Below are positions 38,664-52,279 of a stretch of 64,000 nt of DNA, piece after piece (the first letter of the stretch is position 1; the number at the start of each line of letters is the position of its first letter). A program made the translations under genes and the position numbers. Below the pieces are notes generated by a model. That model was given only the letters and a program-made list of their open reading frames with translations, ran no database searches and was not told where the DNA came from. The stretch comes from Haliotis rubra (lineage: Eukaryota): positions 124,001 to 188,000 of the forward strand of contig NW_025767725.1 of the NCBI RefSeq assembly GCF_003918875.1. Reading direction: 5' to 3'.

Positions 38664-40914
38664 AGTAATAGAGGTTTGTTGACTATGATGAGCCAATGTT
38701 GAATAAGGTATTTGTAATATCAGTTATGGGTATGATGTCTTTGATAACGAGGCGGTGACTATAGCAACATGTCAAACATGCCTGGGCAAGCATTACAAGT
38801 ATCTTTGCTTGCCATACCGTCTCTGGCAAACACTAAATTAAATTAATTTTGTCAGCTGGTGATGGTTTGGTTTTGCATTACTTGTTTATAGACAAAGGCC
38901 GTGAACAATCTGTTATGCTTTAGCAGATTTGGTTGCTCTTGTCACGCTCTTGTTTTACGAAGTTATGAATAGATTACTATAAATTATACATGGTTTATGA
39001 GAAACTTCATGGTAATTTATTAGCTTAACAGTCCTCTATAAAAAGTGACATGCGTTGCGATAGTCATACACAAATCGATTGCTTGTTAACGCCAGACAGG
39101 AAATCTCCTAGAGCGCACAGTAACTGTTGAATATTTGAATATAGAGCACTCGTGACTCTTTAAGCCGGAACTTTGAGCAGTTCAGGTGAACAATACTATT
39201 TTGATTAATCTGGCTTTGGTGCATTGTCAGATATGTATCATATTTCATTAATAAAACATTTCATGCATCTACCCAGGGACAACCTATAATATCCCCTTCA
39301 GGATTCTTGCACGCTGCTACCGAAGTCATGTTTGCATAATTTACAGTAAATTGAATATTTCATCTTTGGCATCAATGCCTTTGTTAGACAACGTCATTGT
39401 CTTTCTGGACTGATTTCAATGGTATTAAGAAATATCTGTGGGGGGATTAGGATAAGGTTTGATGTCAACTGGTCTTGGAACAGGGAGGTTTAATTTTTTG
39501 TTTCTATTTTTGCTTAACTATTATATTGTGTTTCTTCGTTTTATAGGAACGGGCGTTTTTGTATGTTTTTTTGGTTTCGTTCGCCGTGGGGTACTGTTCG
39601 TGTTCCTTGTGTATTGTTTACATCTATTATCTATTGTATGTTCTTTTGGCATTTTGAAATGGACTGGTCAACCAATCTCTTTTTTCAGATTTTCGGACAA
39701 GGAAAGGGGTGGTATTTAGAACATATCAGTAGTTGTTTTGTTTGATTGTTCTTGCAAAGCCTCATTCACATCACGCTGCAGGTCGAATCTGGACCATGCA
39801 AACCAGTGGAGAAACGATAATACTATTCTCCAGGCAACACAGTGTACCTCCATCCTTATCTACAGGAGACATCACTGCACTTTTTGCACTGAAATCCCCA
39901 GGTGACATGTCAGGCGATTTTGTAGGCCTACAGCCTGGCAACTATGAAGGCCCACAGATACGCAGTGCTGCCTTCCATCGAAACCAATTTTCCTTTTATG
40001 TCGAGCAATATTCGAGCCACTTAAAGCTTTAGTGCGTAAGTTTCACAACCTTTTCGACGGTCGAGCAAAATTCCTTTTAGAAGATTTCAAAGCTCCAGTT
40101 ATTTGATAAGAGTTTCAGCATGCACGGCCTGGGTAAAGCTTTAAAAATATTTTATGGTAGACGTGCGGAAGACAATTACAAATTTAAATAAATTTTTAAA
40201 ATATGTCTGATGCAATTCCCAAATTTGACTAGTATTGCACTAGGTGTACTTACTTGAGAATACATGTTTTGTTTATGATGAACAGGATGAGCAGGAGCCG
40301 CTCAATTTTCGGCGAACCTCTTGTATCATAACTATTTGATAGTCATTCATTCATGCTGTATTCTCAATCGTAATATTGACTCTGATGGTACATATGTTTC
40401 TCATGAATGTGAAAAAGATTTTGCTAGTTATACTTACTAAGCATTTGACCTCCAGGCGTTTAATCATATATTTTAGCAAGACTTGGCATCAAATATAGTC
40501 AGATATTACAGTTATTGGCACACATATCAGGGTCTTCATCTCCAACAAATAACGCTGCATATTCACGAGAATTTTAATTGTAGATACAAACAGACACAAA
40601 TACAAAACTGCATTATGTAATTTATACCAGTTGAAAAGTTAGCCAACAGTATATGAGTGCACTACCTTCATACATGCAAACATTCTAAAGAATATTCTTG
40701 GGGAAAAATTCAAAAAGCTACCGCAAGTAAGACACCCTTTCATTTGTATGTTTCACTTCTTGAGAGCCCGTTTTCTTGCTAGTTGTCATTAATGTGTATT
40801 CTCTACACAATGTAAATGCAGCTTAAGATATTACGATATTAGTACAAGATAGATTTTCTACATAGCAGGTAGATAAAGGTTCTTGTGACTGTAAATGGTC
40901 ACAGCATCTAGATA

Positions 40915-42198
40915 CAGTACAACCAGAAATTATTGAGAATTTAAAGATTGTACATTTTTATATTTTTTTCACTCATTACTCACGTATTAATGTGAATATT
41001 AGCAAAACATAACTCCAGATTCAAGGACAGGTGAACAGTTAGTATTTTGTCAAGTCAGCAAGGTAGGCTTCAATGCGGCGGGGCATACTACTGATCAAAG
41101 AAGTTAGAAAGTCGTGGTCCATGCTGTCCCAATATCGGACCACCTCTTCTTTCATTTCAGCAATATTTGTCAGATTTTTCTTATTGACACTTTCCTTCAT
41201 AAGTCCCCAAACATTTTCTATTGGATTTAGGTCAGGGCTATAGCTTGGCCAATTTAAAAATGTCATATTTTGGGTCCGAAACCAGGCCTGTGAATGCTTT
41301 GAACGATGCTTTGGGTCGTTGTCCTGTTAGAAAAACATTTCCATAGAACACGTGAGCAGATGGAAGTAAATGTCCCTCGAGAATATCTGTGTACCGCTCA
41401 CTGTTCATATGCCCTTCAAATACACAGAGGGGTGTTGCCCCTAACACAGATATGCCACCCCACACGTTAAATTTCAGACTGTACTTTGGGCGCTGATACA
41501 AAGGTTTTTCAGTTTGTTGGGTCCAGAATTTCAGTGTATTAGGAAACAGCCACACAGAACTTTCATCTGAGAAAATCACATTGTCCCAGTTAAAATTTCT
41601 ATGTTGTAAGCACAAGTTCAACCTTCGCTTCTTTTGTTCAGGTTTCATGATCGGTGATGGAATTCCTCGACTTTTCTGCCAACCCATTGCATGCAGCTCA
41701 GTTCTAATTGTCTCCTAACAGACAGCCACAGTTTCTCTATCAATCATATCCAGCCTTAAGTTTTCTAAACTCCTTCGTTTGTTTTTAGAAACAAGAATAC
41801 CAAGCCGCCTCCTTTCACCGACTGTCAATTTTCGTGGCCTACCTGCGCCTCCCTGGTGCTCAATGCCACAACCATTTGCAATATTTTTCAAAACACGATA
41901 AACAGTGGACAAAAGGATGCCTGTTCTACTTGAAATCACTTTAGCTGATCTGATGTCCTTGTTATAATACTCTAACATCAACTTCCTCTTCTCTAAATCA
42001 TCCATACTGAGATCACTGAAAATGTCGTCTGCTAGCAAGTAAACAAAGGGGGATAACTCTTCACAAACTAATGAGAAAAGATTAACGAAGTTGTCTCTCT
42101 TGAATGAAACCAAGCACTTGATCGCTGGTCAAGGTTGTTTATATTAGAAATCTAATTAAACATATTCCTAAAATTCTCAATAATTTCTGTTCATACTA
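40915..42198 (-). mobile_element. Tc1-family DNA transposon, full length, transposase disrupted (~42005-41039)
   Basis: TIRs with CAGAAATTATTGAGAATTT, TA on both sides; HTH/GRPRK, FSDE, VWGGI and WPSYSPDLNPIENVW split over three ORFs by a stop at 41715 and a frameshift near 41325. Confidence 0.92.
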
Positions 42199-42414
42199 TA
42201 AGTGTTTAGAAGAGTGTCAGGGTTCAACTTTATGACAGTGGAATGTAAAATGTTGAGCGGGTCTTGTGAATGACGTATTAAAAGTCAATAAAACTAGGAT
42301 GAATGGTAGGCATCAATCAATTCACTTCACTTCTGGCGAAAAGCATAGGTTGCTGAAGACCCCGGTTCTTCACGCGGTCAGGTGTACACGATTCAGATAA
42401 ATACTAGATACATT

Positions 42415-42935
42415 TTGGTGGGGCGTGGTGGAGCGAGCAGTGAAAGGCGCCAGGCTAGTGATCCAGTGAGCTTGAGGTGCCGGGATCGAGCCCACCTGTG
42501 ACCGGGTGTAAAAAAGTTGGAGTCAACTTTGTGTGCAGGCTCTTTCAGTGTTGTCACAACCCCTAGTGTACAGTACACAACCCTGTGCACTTAAAAGAAC
42601 CCACAAATCCGTTGGTAAATGACCAGATGGTGGCCACATGAATACGTGCAAACACCTAGTTGCGGGTACAGCAACGTGCAGTAAACTTGGACAAAGTACT
42701 GTGACTATGTGTCCCAGTCCACTCAGCTGTGAATGGGTACCTCGTAAGGATGGAGAAAGCCACACTATCTTGGTGCACCTCGTGACTACGAGTTGTATGA
42801 TCCCCAGGGAGTTGAGACTGAAGATACTATGTGCCGTTGAGATTGACATCCAATGATCAAATGTTCAAAGAGTCTTTGAGCAGCTGAGCTGGATATGTGC
42901 GCTATAAAAAAGTTAGTGATGATGATGATGATGAT
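42415..42935 (+). mobile_element. Composite SINE family 4 (tRNA-like head, Deu/Nin-like and CORE-like segments, L2-like tail with (GAT)n)
   Basis: Copies at 53255-53665 (-) and 43885-44025 (3' part); motifs GCACTTAAAAGAACCC, CAGCTGTGAATGGGTACC, CTTTGAG...GCGCTATA; domain names from memory. Confidence 0.65.
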
Positions 42936-43101
42936 GTACATTGTTCAGAAGGATGAGCATTCTTTAGATGTGGAGTTCAGATGGTGTTGAGACCGGTGTA
43001 TATTATGAGCAGATAGAACTGAGATGAAGGCTCTGTTAAAAAACAAAACATTGAGCTCATACAAAATACAAACGCTGAGGTGCTCTGTGAGGAGGATGTG
43101 T

Positions 43102-46100
43102 TTAAGTAAGCGTCGATACCGTCCCAAGAGATGCATCGGCTAGATGCTGGTAGAACGATGGTGGTCCTTGTCCGGGTGGTGGTTGGTGGGTAGGCGGTGG
43201 CCCTTGCAGTCCTGGAGGAGGTGGATGGTAGCCAGGTGGTGGTCCTTGAGATTCAGGGGACGGTGGATAAGCCAGTAGTGGGGTTGGTTGGGCGTGATAA
43301 GCTGGTGGTGTTTCAGGCTGACCTGAAGTAGATTTGTAGCTTGGTGGAGCTAGAGGTCCAGCAGGTGGATACGCTAGGGATGGATAAGCAGGATGAGGAG
43401 CGTGGGCCAGGGAGTACGGAGGCGGAGAACCTGTTGAGAAATAGAAGTAATATGGTACTGTTCTTGGCACGATGCAACATTATACAGAAAATTACGTTTC
43501 TTGAAAACATCTATTCAGTCATCTCCGTTTTCACTGTATGTAAGTTGTCAGTTGAGCAGCAATATTGACTGGGTTGGATTTAACGCCTCTTTGAACAGTA
43601 TTCCAGTCATATTACGGCGTGTCAGGTTAACCTGTCAAGAAAACACAAAATGCATGTCTCCGTCGTTTACCCCAAGGACGGCGCTGACAAACCTAGAAAC
43701 ATAATTAGGGCGAACCGGAATTCGAACCCATAATAACAGCTTCCTGTTGTGCCCAAGGGACGCAACTCTACGAAGCGAATTCGCTGCCTTTGACGACTGA
43801 TCCCCGCCCCTGATCCACTACCTCATCTAATAGATGTGAAAACAAATGTGCATTGGGTTTTTTCGGTGCGGCTCGTGGCTGTTGAGAGTTGAGGGAGTTG
43901 AGACTGAAAAAGCGATGTGCCGTTGAGAGTGACATCCCATGATCGAGGGGAAAATAAGGCGCCTTTGAGCAGCTGAGCACTGGATATTGGCGCTATACAA
44001 ATATGGATGATGATGATAATGATGTTTCTGGCGATTAAAAATGGACATTGTTCGTGATGCATACCGCTTGTGTGGGTGACCACCATTGTCTGAGGTTGAG
44101 GCCGGATGACTCGCCCTGGGACCCCATTCTTCTTTATGAGTACACATACAAGGGTAGCAATGAAACCGACCACGATGAGGACACTGACAACGACAACGGC
44201 AATGAAGTAGTTCGGTGCAAGCGATCCAACTGTGTAGGGCGGGCTGATGGCGCTGAAACAAAACGAGAGATTAATATATTCTGGAATTGACACCGATGAA
44301 ATGATGCTAATTATATTTTCCATAAGTCATTATTATTGTTCATGTAGAGGAACATGTGTACATACCAGCTTGTGGGCTCAATAGAGACAACGTACATTAA
44401 ATATCAATATCAGTAATATGTTTTGGTTAAAAGGTCATTCAGGATATAATACCGGGATGAGAGGAAACCATTTGGTTGAGAAGCTTTTAAAATTATTATT
44501 TCTTCTGGAAATGAATTTTCAGTGGTGAATATGTCTTCCAATGTCCTTAAGAATTATCAACTTTGGAAGAAAAATTTTTCAAAGAGCAAGTGCAAATATA
44601 CCTCTTAGCAGATAAGATTATTTGATTCAATAATGTGTTCTTACCTAAAGAGCCAAACCAGATCAAATTAAGTGCTTGGATACATTTTGTAATCCACTGT
44701 TCAAGTTTCTTCCAGAAAGTTTTGGTTTCATCACATTCCCAATATACATGGCATACGGTCTCACTAGAAACATTACAAAAAGAACATATTGTATTGTCAA
44801 CAAGATTCATTGTTTTTGGTATAATCAATTCCGTGTAGAAATTTATATTAAAAATCTAAACAGATTCACATCTCTTAAATTCTTTCTGCAAATATCAAAA
44901 ATCATATACCAATGAAAATCAATACAATCAAATAATGTTTCCCATATTTGGCACATGGTTTAACATTTTCAGATAACAATTTATCATAGAATAATCTTGA
45001 ACCTTTTGGAGAGAATTTATATCGAGATCATTGATGTTATATATCCATATTCCATTATAGTCTTTTTCCAAGGTTTAGGTAATATATATATATAACATAT
45101 CCAAGGTCTAACTGTGTACCTCTTATATCAAATTTAAGCTTCCAATGATTAAAGGATATGAACCCATGTTCATCACAAAGATCTTTGATTGTCAAGATTC
45201 CTCTTTTAGCCCAGTGGCTAATAATTTTTGAAATTATTATTCAGCCATAAAGGTTCGTATAAGATTTCATTAACGTTCTCTGGTTCTATAGTATTTTTGA
45301 TGCAATATAATTTCCATACCTTTAAAACATCTTTCCAGAAAAGTTTATCAACTGCAACTATTTCCTGAAAATTTGCTCTATATTTTAGCATATCCTTAAT
45401 AGGATTGATGCATGGGTTTGGTTTTTTTACATATAGTTTGAGTGTAGATAATTTCATGACGTTAACAAAGCATGTTGACGCATAACATCATAGACCAGCA
45501 TACGTTACCTAGGGCAACACTCTCTGTAGCAAGTGGACTCCTAACAGGATCAACCAACATACGTTACCTAGGGCAACACTCTCTGTAGCAAGTGGACTCC
45601 TAACAGGATAAACCAACATACGTTACCTAGGGCAACACTCTCTGTAGCAAGTGGACTCCTAACAGGATAAACCAACATACGTTACCTAGGGCAACACTCT
45701 CTGTAGCAAGTGGACTCCTAACAGGATAAACCAACATACGTTACCTAGGGCAACACTCTCTGTAGCAAGTGGACTCCTAACAGGATAAACCAACATACGT
45801 TACCTAGGGCAACACTCTCTGTAGCAAGTGGACTCCTAACAGGATCAACCAACATACCTAACAGGATCAACCAACATACGTTACCTAGGGCAACACTCTC
45901 TGTAGCAAGTGGACTCCTAACAGGATCAACCAACATACGTTACCTAGGGCAACACTCTCTGTAGCAAGTGGACTCCTAACAGGATAAACCAACATACGTT
46001 ACCTAGGGCAACACTCTCTGTAGCAAGTGGACTCCTAACAGGATAAACCAACATACGTTACCTAGGGCAACACTCTCTGTAGCAAGTGGACTCCTAACAG

Positions 46101-49100
46101 GATAAACCAACATACGTTACCTAGGGCAACACTCTCTGTAGCAAGTGGACTCCTAACAGGATAAACCAACATACGTTACCTAGGGCAACACTCTCTGTAG
46201 CAAGTGGACTCCTAACAGGATAAACCAACATACGTTACCTAGGGCAACACTCTCTGTAGCAAGTGGACTCCTAACAGGATAAACCAACATACGTTACCTA
46301 GGGCAACACTCTCTGTAGCAAGTGGACTCTAACAGGATAAACCAACATACGTTACCTGGCAACACTCTGTAGCAAGTGGAACAGGATAAACCAACATACG
46401 TTACCTAGGGCAACACTCTCTGTAGCAAGTGGACTCCTAACAGGATAAACCAACATACGTTACCTAGGGCAACACTCTCTGTAGCAAGTGGACTCCTAAC
46501 AGGATAAACCAACATACGTTACCTAGGGCAACACTCTCTGTAGCAAGTGGACTCCTAACAGGATAAACCAACATACGTTACCTAGGGCAACACTCTCTGT
46601 AGCAAGTGGACTCCTAACAGGATAAACCAACATACGTTACCTAGGGCAACACTCTCTGTAGCAAGTGGACTCCTAACAGGATAAACCAACATATGTTACC
46701 TAGAGCAACACTCTCTGTAGCAAGTGGACTCCTAACAGGATAAACCAACATACGTTACCTAGGGCAACACTCTCTGTAGCAAGTGGACTCCTAACAGGAT
46801 TAACCAACATACGTTACCTAGGGCAACACTCTCTGTAGCAAGTGGACTCCTAACAGGATAAACCAACATACGTTACCTAGAGCAACACTCTCTGTAGCAA
46901 GTGGACTCCTAACAGGATAAACCAACATACGTTACCTAGGGCAACACTCTCTGTAGCAAGTGGACTCCTAACAGGATAAACCAACATACGTTACCTAGGG
47001 CAACACTCTCTGTAGCAAGTGGACTCCTAACAGGATAAACCAACATATGTTACCTAGTGCAACACTCCCTGTAGCAAGTGGACTCCTAACAGGATAAACC
47101 AACATACGTTACCTAGAGCAACACTCTCTGTAGCAAGTGGACTCCTAACAGGATACACCAACATATTTTACCTAGAGCAACACTCTCTGTAGCAAGATCA
47201 CCGGCAACAGGATAGAACAGCATATGTTACCTGAGCCACTCCGTAGTAAATAGACGCTCAACAGGATAGAACGTCATATCTTAACAAGGCCAACACTTAA
47301 TTTAATGGACCCAAAACAAAAAGGGAAGCCAAATTTTCTCTTGAGCAGAGCTCTCTGTAGTTACTGGAACCCGCAAGAGGAAGCATTTGACTTACCCGCA
47401 AGAGGAAGCATTTGACCTTACCTTGAGCAACACTGTAATTAATTAACAGGACAGAGCATTCAGGTTACCTGTAGCTCAAATAACACTTCCCCAGTAAAAA
47501 AAACAAACAAAAAAGCAACATTAGAAATATGTGTTCCCTTGAGCAAATATCTCTCTTGTAAATGTACCCGCAGCAGGATGTAAACGTCTTACCTTACGTG
47601 GATCATAATACAATTAATAGACCTGAGACAGCACAAAGCGTTATACTTAATACCTTACCAGAAACTACAACGCAATTGATGGATCCGTGACGTAAAAAAC
47701 CCCGTGAAGATCTGGGCCTATATTTTCGAAGCTCTCTTAGCGCTAAGATAGTTGTCAGTTAATGTTAATATTTGGTACTTACGACTATCTTAGGGCTAAG
47801 AGAGCTTCGAAAATATAGGCCCAGGTTTAGATTGATTTCCAGCAACCCATGATTGTCGTAAGAGGCGACAAACGGATCAGGCTCGCTAACTTTACATGTC
47901 ACCTTTATCCCAATTGCGTAGATCGATGCGCATGATGTTGATCGTTGGATTGTCTGGTCTAGACTGGATTATTTACAGACCGCCACCATGTAGCCGGCAT
48001 ATTGCCGAGGGCATTGTTATATTAATCAACAAACAATCCATAACTTCAAAATGATTACCTGGAGGAACACAGAAATACCTACAGCTGCAGCTGTCTAGAA
48101 CATCATACATTACCTGGAACAACACTCTCTGCTGAAAATGGACCCACAGCACGAGGTGGTGCAATAGTATGATGTCCACCCATTGGTAGAGAAGCTCACT
48201 CTGTATCTACAGTGTGCTCCATGGATCTCTGAAACAACAAACATGATGACAAGGGAGAGAGTTTCTTTATGGATGTCAACTTCTTTAGTATTAGGAACAC
48301 AACGTATCGGAGTATATCCTTACTCCTTCATCAGGTGAATGAATGGTATGAGACAGAGAGCACTGTCCACTGTTCATCAACTATCAACACTACTTAACTG
48401 TTAATTGTTGGCTTCTATTCAACACTAATCAACTGTTAAGTGTTGGCGTCCATTCAGCGCTAATTCACTGTTAAGTGCTGGCTTCCATTTGTTCCATTGT
48501 TTTGCCTGCATCTTTGCTGTCTTAGTACTTTTGTTGCTCTTACATGTACATATAAATGCTCTCTGCCTCATACCATAGCTGGGATGAGAGGGAAGGACAT
48601 CTACGATAGGACCAGAACCAGCTCGTAGCGCAAACATAGTAGGGACAATATTTGGTTAATATTTGCGAAAACATCTCCTACATCTAGCGAATTTAATACG
48701 CTACTACCACCTTGTCTGTTTCAATACGAACACTGTCAAACCCGATACTGACATTGTTAATTGAGTTTTAATGGCCCCCTGTGTTAGAGCATGTCCATCT
48801 GGTCACGTTACAAAGTATGAGTAGTCATTAAAGATTAGCTATTGCAATTAATCCTCTGGCGGTGCTAACACTTAATTACAATCAGAACAGAATAACGGTT
48901 CCACTTCTTTATTCTGAGGGTAAAGCTACGAGGGGAAATGCAGAAGCATAATTACGATAAATTACAATGTACGTCTCTTCGTTCACATTTATTTTTCCTG
49001 AGTCGATTGTACAATTGTGACTATATCATGAGCAGATATTTGTTTCAGCAGTATTACAGCCGTATGATGTTGTTTGTAAACAAATCGATTCTGAGCCAGT

Positions 49101-50982
49101 CAATCCAGTGATTGTCACCATGTGACACGATAACAGAGCATGTGTTTATGAATCACTAAGAAATAGTGATGATACCAGGTTTTCGCGAAAAGGTGAGCGT
49201 ATCCTGCCACACCGGTGGCACCCGTCATAAACATGTGCTACGTTTAGTCATTTGTTCACCTGAAATAATTCGGGAACGTGTGGTATAAGTCAAAATAGGG
49301 AATCAGAGAGTTTTAGATGATACGGTCAGTTAAGAAAACACATATGTTCTCCATGTATATATTTTGGGCGTCTTGCTCATTCGTCTAAAAGTTATAAACC
49401 ACTTACGTAACGGAAAACACTTTGCCTCGGTTTGGTCGTTCATAAAGAAACACTACGTAAATCTTCTCCGCAATCAATGAAAAGTCAGCTAACAAAAACG
49501 TTTGTTAGCTGAGCTCGACAAGAATACATAAACACTGCCCTGTACAATAGCCAGCCAACGCACACAATGAACACCCACTGTTACACTCATTCTTGTATGT
49601 GGTATCATACTTGGTATTGTACTGTGTGAATATTTCAATCGTACCGACTTGTCAGAGTCATACTAGCCACAAAAAGAAACTGTCCACTTAGGAAATCAGA
49701 ATATATATTTGTGTGAACTGCATATATACGCAAACACGGATGTAATTAGTGAACTGACCTGAACACTTGCGTATGTGCTACATTCCGTTACATCAATGAT
49801 GCTTTTCCACAAATTTTGTTGCTAAGATTTATCCTTTTCAGGCGCAGTAGAAGAAATATTCGCGCTATTGTTGGCATTGTAATACAACCACGACAACTTG
49901 TCGTTTTCTGAGGCGTTGGGGTAGCCTAGTGGTTGAAGCGTTTACTCGTCACGCCGAAGGTCCGGGTTAGATTCCCCACATGGATACAATGTGTGAAGCC
50001 CATTTCCGCAGTGATATTGCTGGAATATTACTGAAAGGGCGTAAAACCCAACTCACTCACTCTGACGCTTTTAAAGCACGTCTTCGTATGTTATCCATGC
50101 GTATATATGTAGTATTCATATAGAGTAGTACAGAACATACAGGCTGATTACACCCGCACCGCACCGCACCGCACCGCACCGCACCGCACCGCACCGCACC
50201 GCACCCACCGCACCGCCACGCCACGCCACGCCACGCCACGCCACGCCACGACACACCAACACCGCAGCACACCAAACCACAACAAATTTTTTACCATTAG
50301 TGTTTGATGAGATCTGTATACTGGTATATCATTATGCTGTTCTGTTATAAACATATAAATGCAACTAATATCCCTCCGCCTTTACCCCGTTGAAGATTTC
50401 AGGTTCGAACCTTCAACCCCGCAGGTTACCGGGGTCAAATGGTAATGCTCGTTAGACGTTTGATGCATATCATCATCGATGCTCATGATGTCACTCACTG
50501 GTTTGACAGGTTCAAACTCAATATCATACAGACTGATGTCATACAGCTGGAACAGTGCTCAGTGTGGCGTAACGACCATGAAGAAAAATACCCCGAGCAA
50601 TTTGAGAATGTTCTGCTGTAGAAAATCAAAGGATGAAGGAATTGAACCATCCCTCGAGAACAACATGCTCGTCAGCCTCGCATATTTGTTACTTTATCAA
50701 CTCGTGATGACATATTTGATATCAAAAGACACTCAGGTGAGATTCTCTATATACCAGCATAAGACGAAAACCACCACACGGATTTCCCAACTACAGACAC
50801 AGGTGTGGTAGACGAGGTACAGAAAGCAAGGTTGGGGTTGCAAAGTCTTAATCATCAGCACTAAATATTAACTGTGTGATAAAACATCACATAGTAAACG
50901 AATATTACGACAGAAGCTTACCTGTAAAAAAGAAAAGTATAAACACAAGTAGAACCAGCCACATCTTTGTAAGCTGTGCCAT
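43102..50982 (-). CDS. G4: Shisa-like/CYYR1-like single-pass membrane protein, 230 aa, four PPxY; join(50982-50922, 48228-48114, 44252-44065, 43430-43102)
   Basis: MAQLTKMWLVLLVFILFFFTE|IHGAHCRYRVSFSTNGWTSYYCTTSCCGSIFSRECCSS|AISPPYTVGSLAPNYFIAVVVVSVLIVVGFIATLVCVLIKKNGVPGRVIRPQ...TS|GSPPPYS...PPSY...PPAY...PPGY...TLT*; GT-AG, phases 1-2-1. Confidence 0.9.
44340..45470 (-). mobile_element. L1/Tx1-like LINE 3' fragment in G4 intron 2
   Basis: zf-RVT-like CSFCNVSSETVCHVYWEC..FWKKL and EPLWLNNNF in ORFs 44547-44828 and 45218-45457. Confidence 0.75.
45499..47195. repeat. 59-bp minisatellite, ~29 near-identical copies, related to the G4 exon-2 end and donor
   Basis: Unit CATACGTTACCTAGGGCAACACTCTCTGTAGCAAGTGGACTCCTAACAGGATAAACCAA; degenerate units continue to ~48110. 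Confidence 0.97.
47699..48035 (+). mobile_element. Retroposon family 2 with a nested palindromic MITE (47715-47821, CWG flanks, PIF/Harbinger-like)
   Basis: GGCCTATATTTTCGAAGCTCTCTTAGC ... GCTAAGAGAGCTTCGAAAATATAGGCC interrupts the family-2 head. Confidence 0.75.
48294..48339 (-). ncRNA. Degenerate Penelope-type minimal hammerhead ribozyme motif
   Basis: Minus strand TTCAC-CTGATGA-A-GGAGTA-aggata-TACTCC-GATA-CGTT-GTG; the GAAA core reads GATA; downstream AAAGAAGTTGACATCCATA resembles the 34.6-kb repeat tail. Confidence 0.55.
49912..50061 (+). mobile_element. SINE family 1
   Basis: A box and tail. Confidence 0.75.
50151..50265. repeat. (CACCG)n/(CACGC)n microsatellite
   Basis: Directly visible. 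Confidence 0.9.
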
Positions 50983-51242
50983 GATTACGTGAGAATATTA
51001 TTTACACAGTTTGATTCCTTTGTTGTGGCAATTATATTGATCGCCGTTGTGAAACTAGGCTCCCACAAGCTGTATTGTTACATTTCTGTAGTAGCCTCTA
51101 TTTGCAGGAGTTAGGTTACACTTCCCGCATTCAGCATGTTATTCAAATGCTTCTCAAAAGCACTGTTTGTTCTCATATCAGTTGCTATACATTTGTTCTG
51201 TGTGGCAAAACGTTTCATGACGTTTTTGTTTGCTTTGATTGG

Positions 51243-51468
51243 TTGGTTGGTTGGTTGTTTAACGCCGCACGCAGCAATATTTCCAACTATATGGCGGCGG
51301 TCTGTAAATAATCGAGTCTGGACCAGACAATACAGTGATCAACAGCATGAGCATCGATCTACGCAATTGTCTACCAGGTCAGCGAGCCTGACCACCTGAT
51401 CCAGTTGGTCGCCTCTTACTACAGGCATGGGTTACTGAAGACCAATTCTAACCCGAATCTACAAGGGT
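51243..51468 (-). mobile_element. Retroposon family 2
   Basis: Reverse copy with an internal deletion. Confidence 0.75.
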
Positions 51469-52279
51469 TGTTTGTTTTGAGTATAATTTTAAAAATTACT
51501 GGTTAAGAAATGTCCTGCTCTGCACAAAATCCAAGCCAAACATGGCACAACCCCAACTGGAGTTGAGTGGGTGAATGAATACTGTCGCTGTTCAACATAG
51601 GACACCCTAATGAATGTGGTCTGTACATACCTGACTCTCAAAAAGGCAAACTAGCTTGAGCAGCGATCAACGCCTTCCTCTTTTCTTCGTTTGTTTGACG
51701 GGCACTCAACAATAATATATTGATCGGAGTAATCGACAACAAGTGAATATCTATCCAATCGATATAAAATTACACAAATAAACTAATTAAGGCTGATCAC
51801 GCTATCCATCGTACGAAAGGCATGGGCTTGTGGGGTCCTATGTCTCAACTGGTCTTGAGGTAGACTAATACGCAATCTCCCAGACTCGTGTCAGTCAACG
51901 GTGACGACAAGCATACGTACTGGGGGACCCGCCATGAGCTGACACGAACCTAGCTGCAATCTAATTCTGTGGTTCTTCTGTCGTATTATTAGGCAAAGAG
52001 GTCTTCTTCTTGTCGAATTTAACTTCATAACCTTCATTGCGCATGGTTTAAATCAAACGACATTTAAAATGGTTGTGAGAATATGTTTAATTGTATGGTT
52101 TGCCTGGCTATAAATTCTCAAACAAAAAAATGCATTGTGTCACTCGCTGTATGCTTATTGAAATATATTATCATGTTATTTTACTTACATCTGTAATTCA
52201 TTTTTGAATCAAATGTGCGAAATATTTACTCATATGTATTAAGCTTTCTCTGGGTGGAAATGATTTGTTAAAGACTTGG

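Noticed and set aside
45499-47195. CRISPR-like appearance of this and the 21.3, 28.1 and 62.9 kb arrays
   Set aside because: Head-to-tail units with no unique spacers, no cas genes, eukaryotic context.
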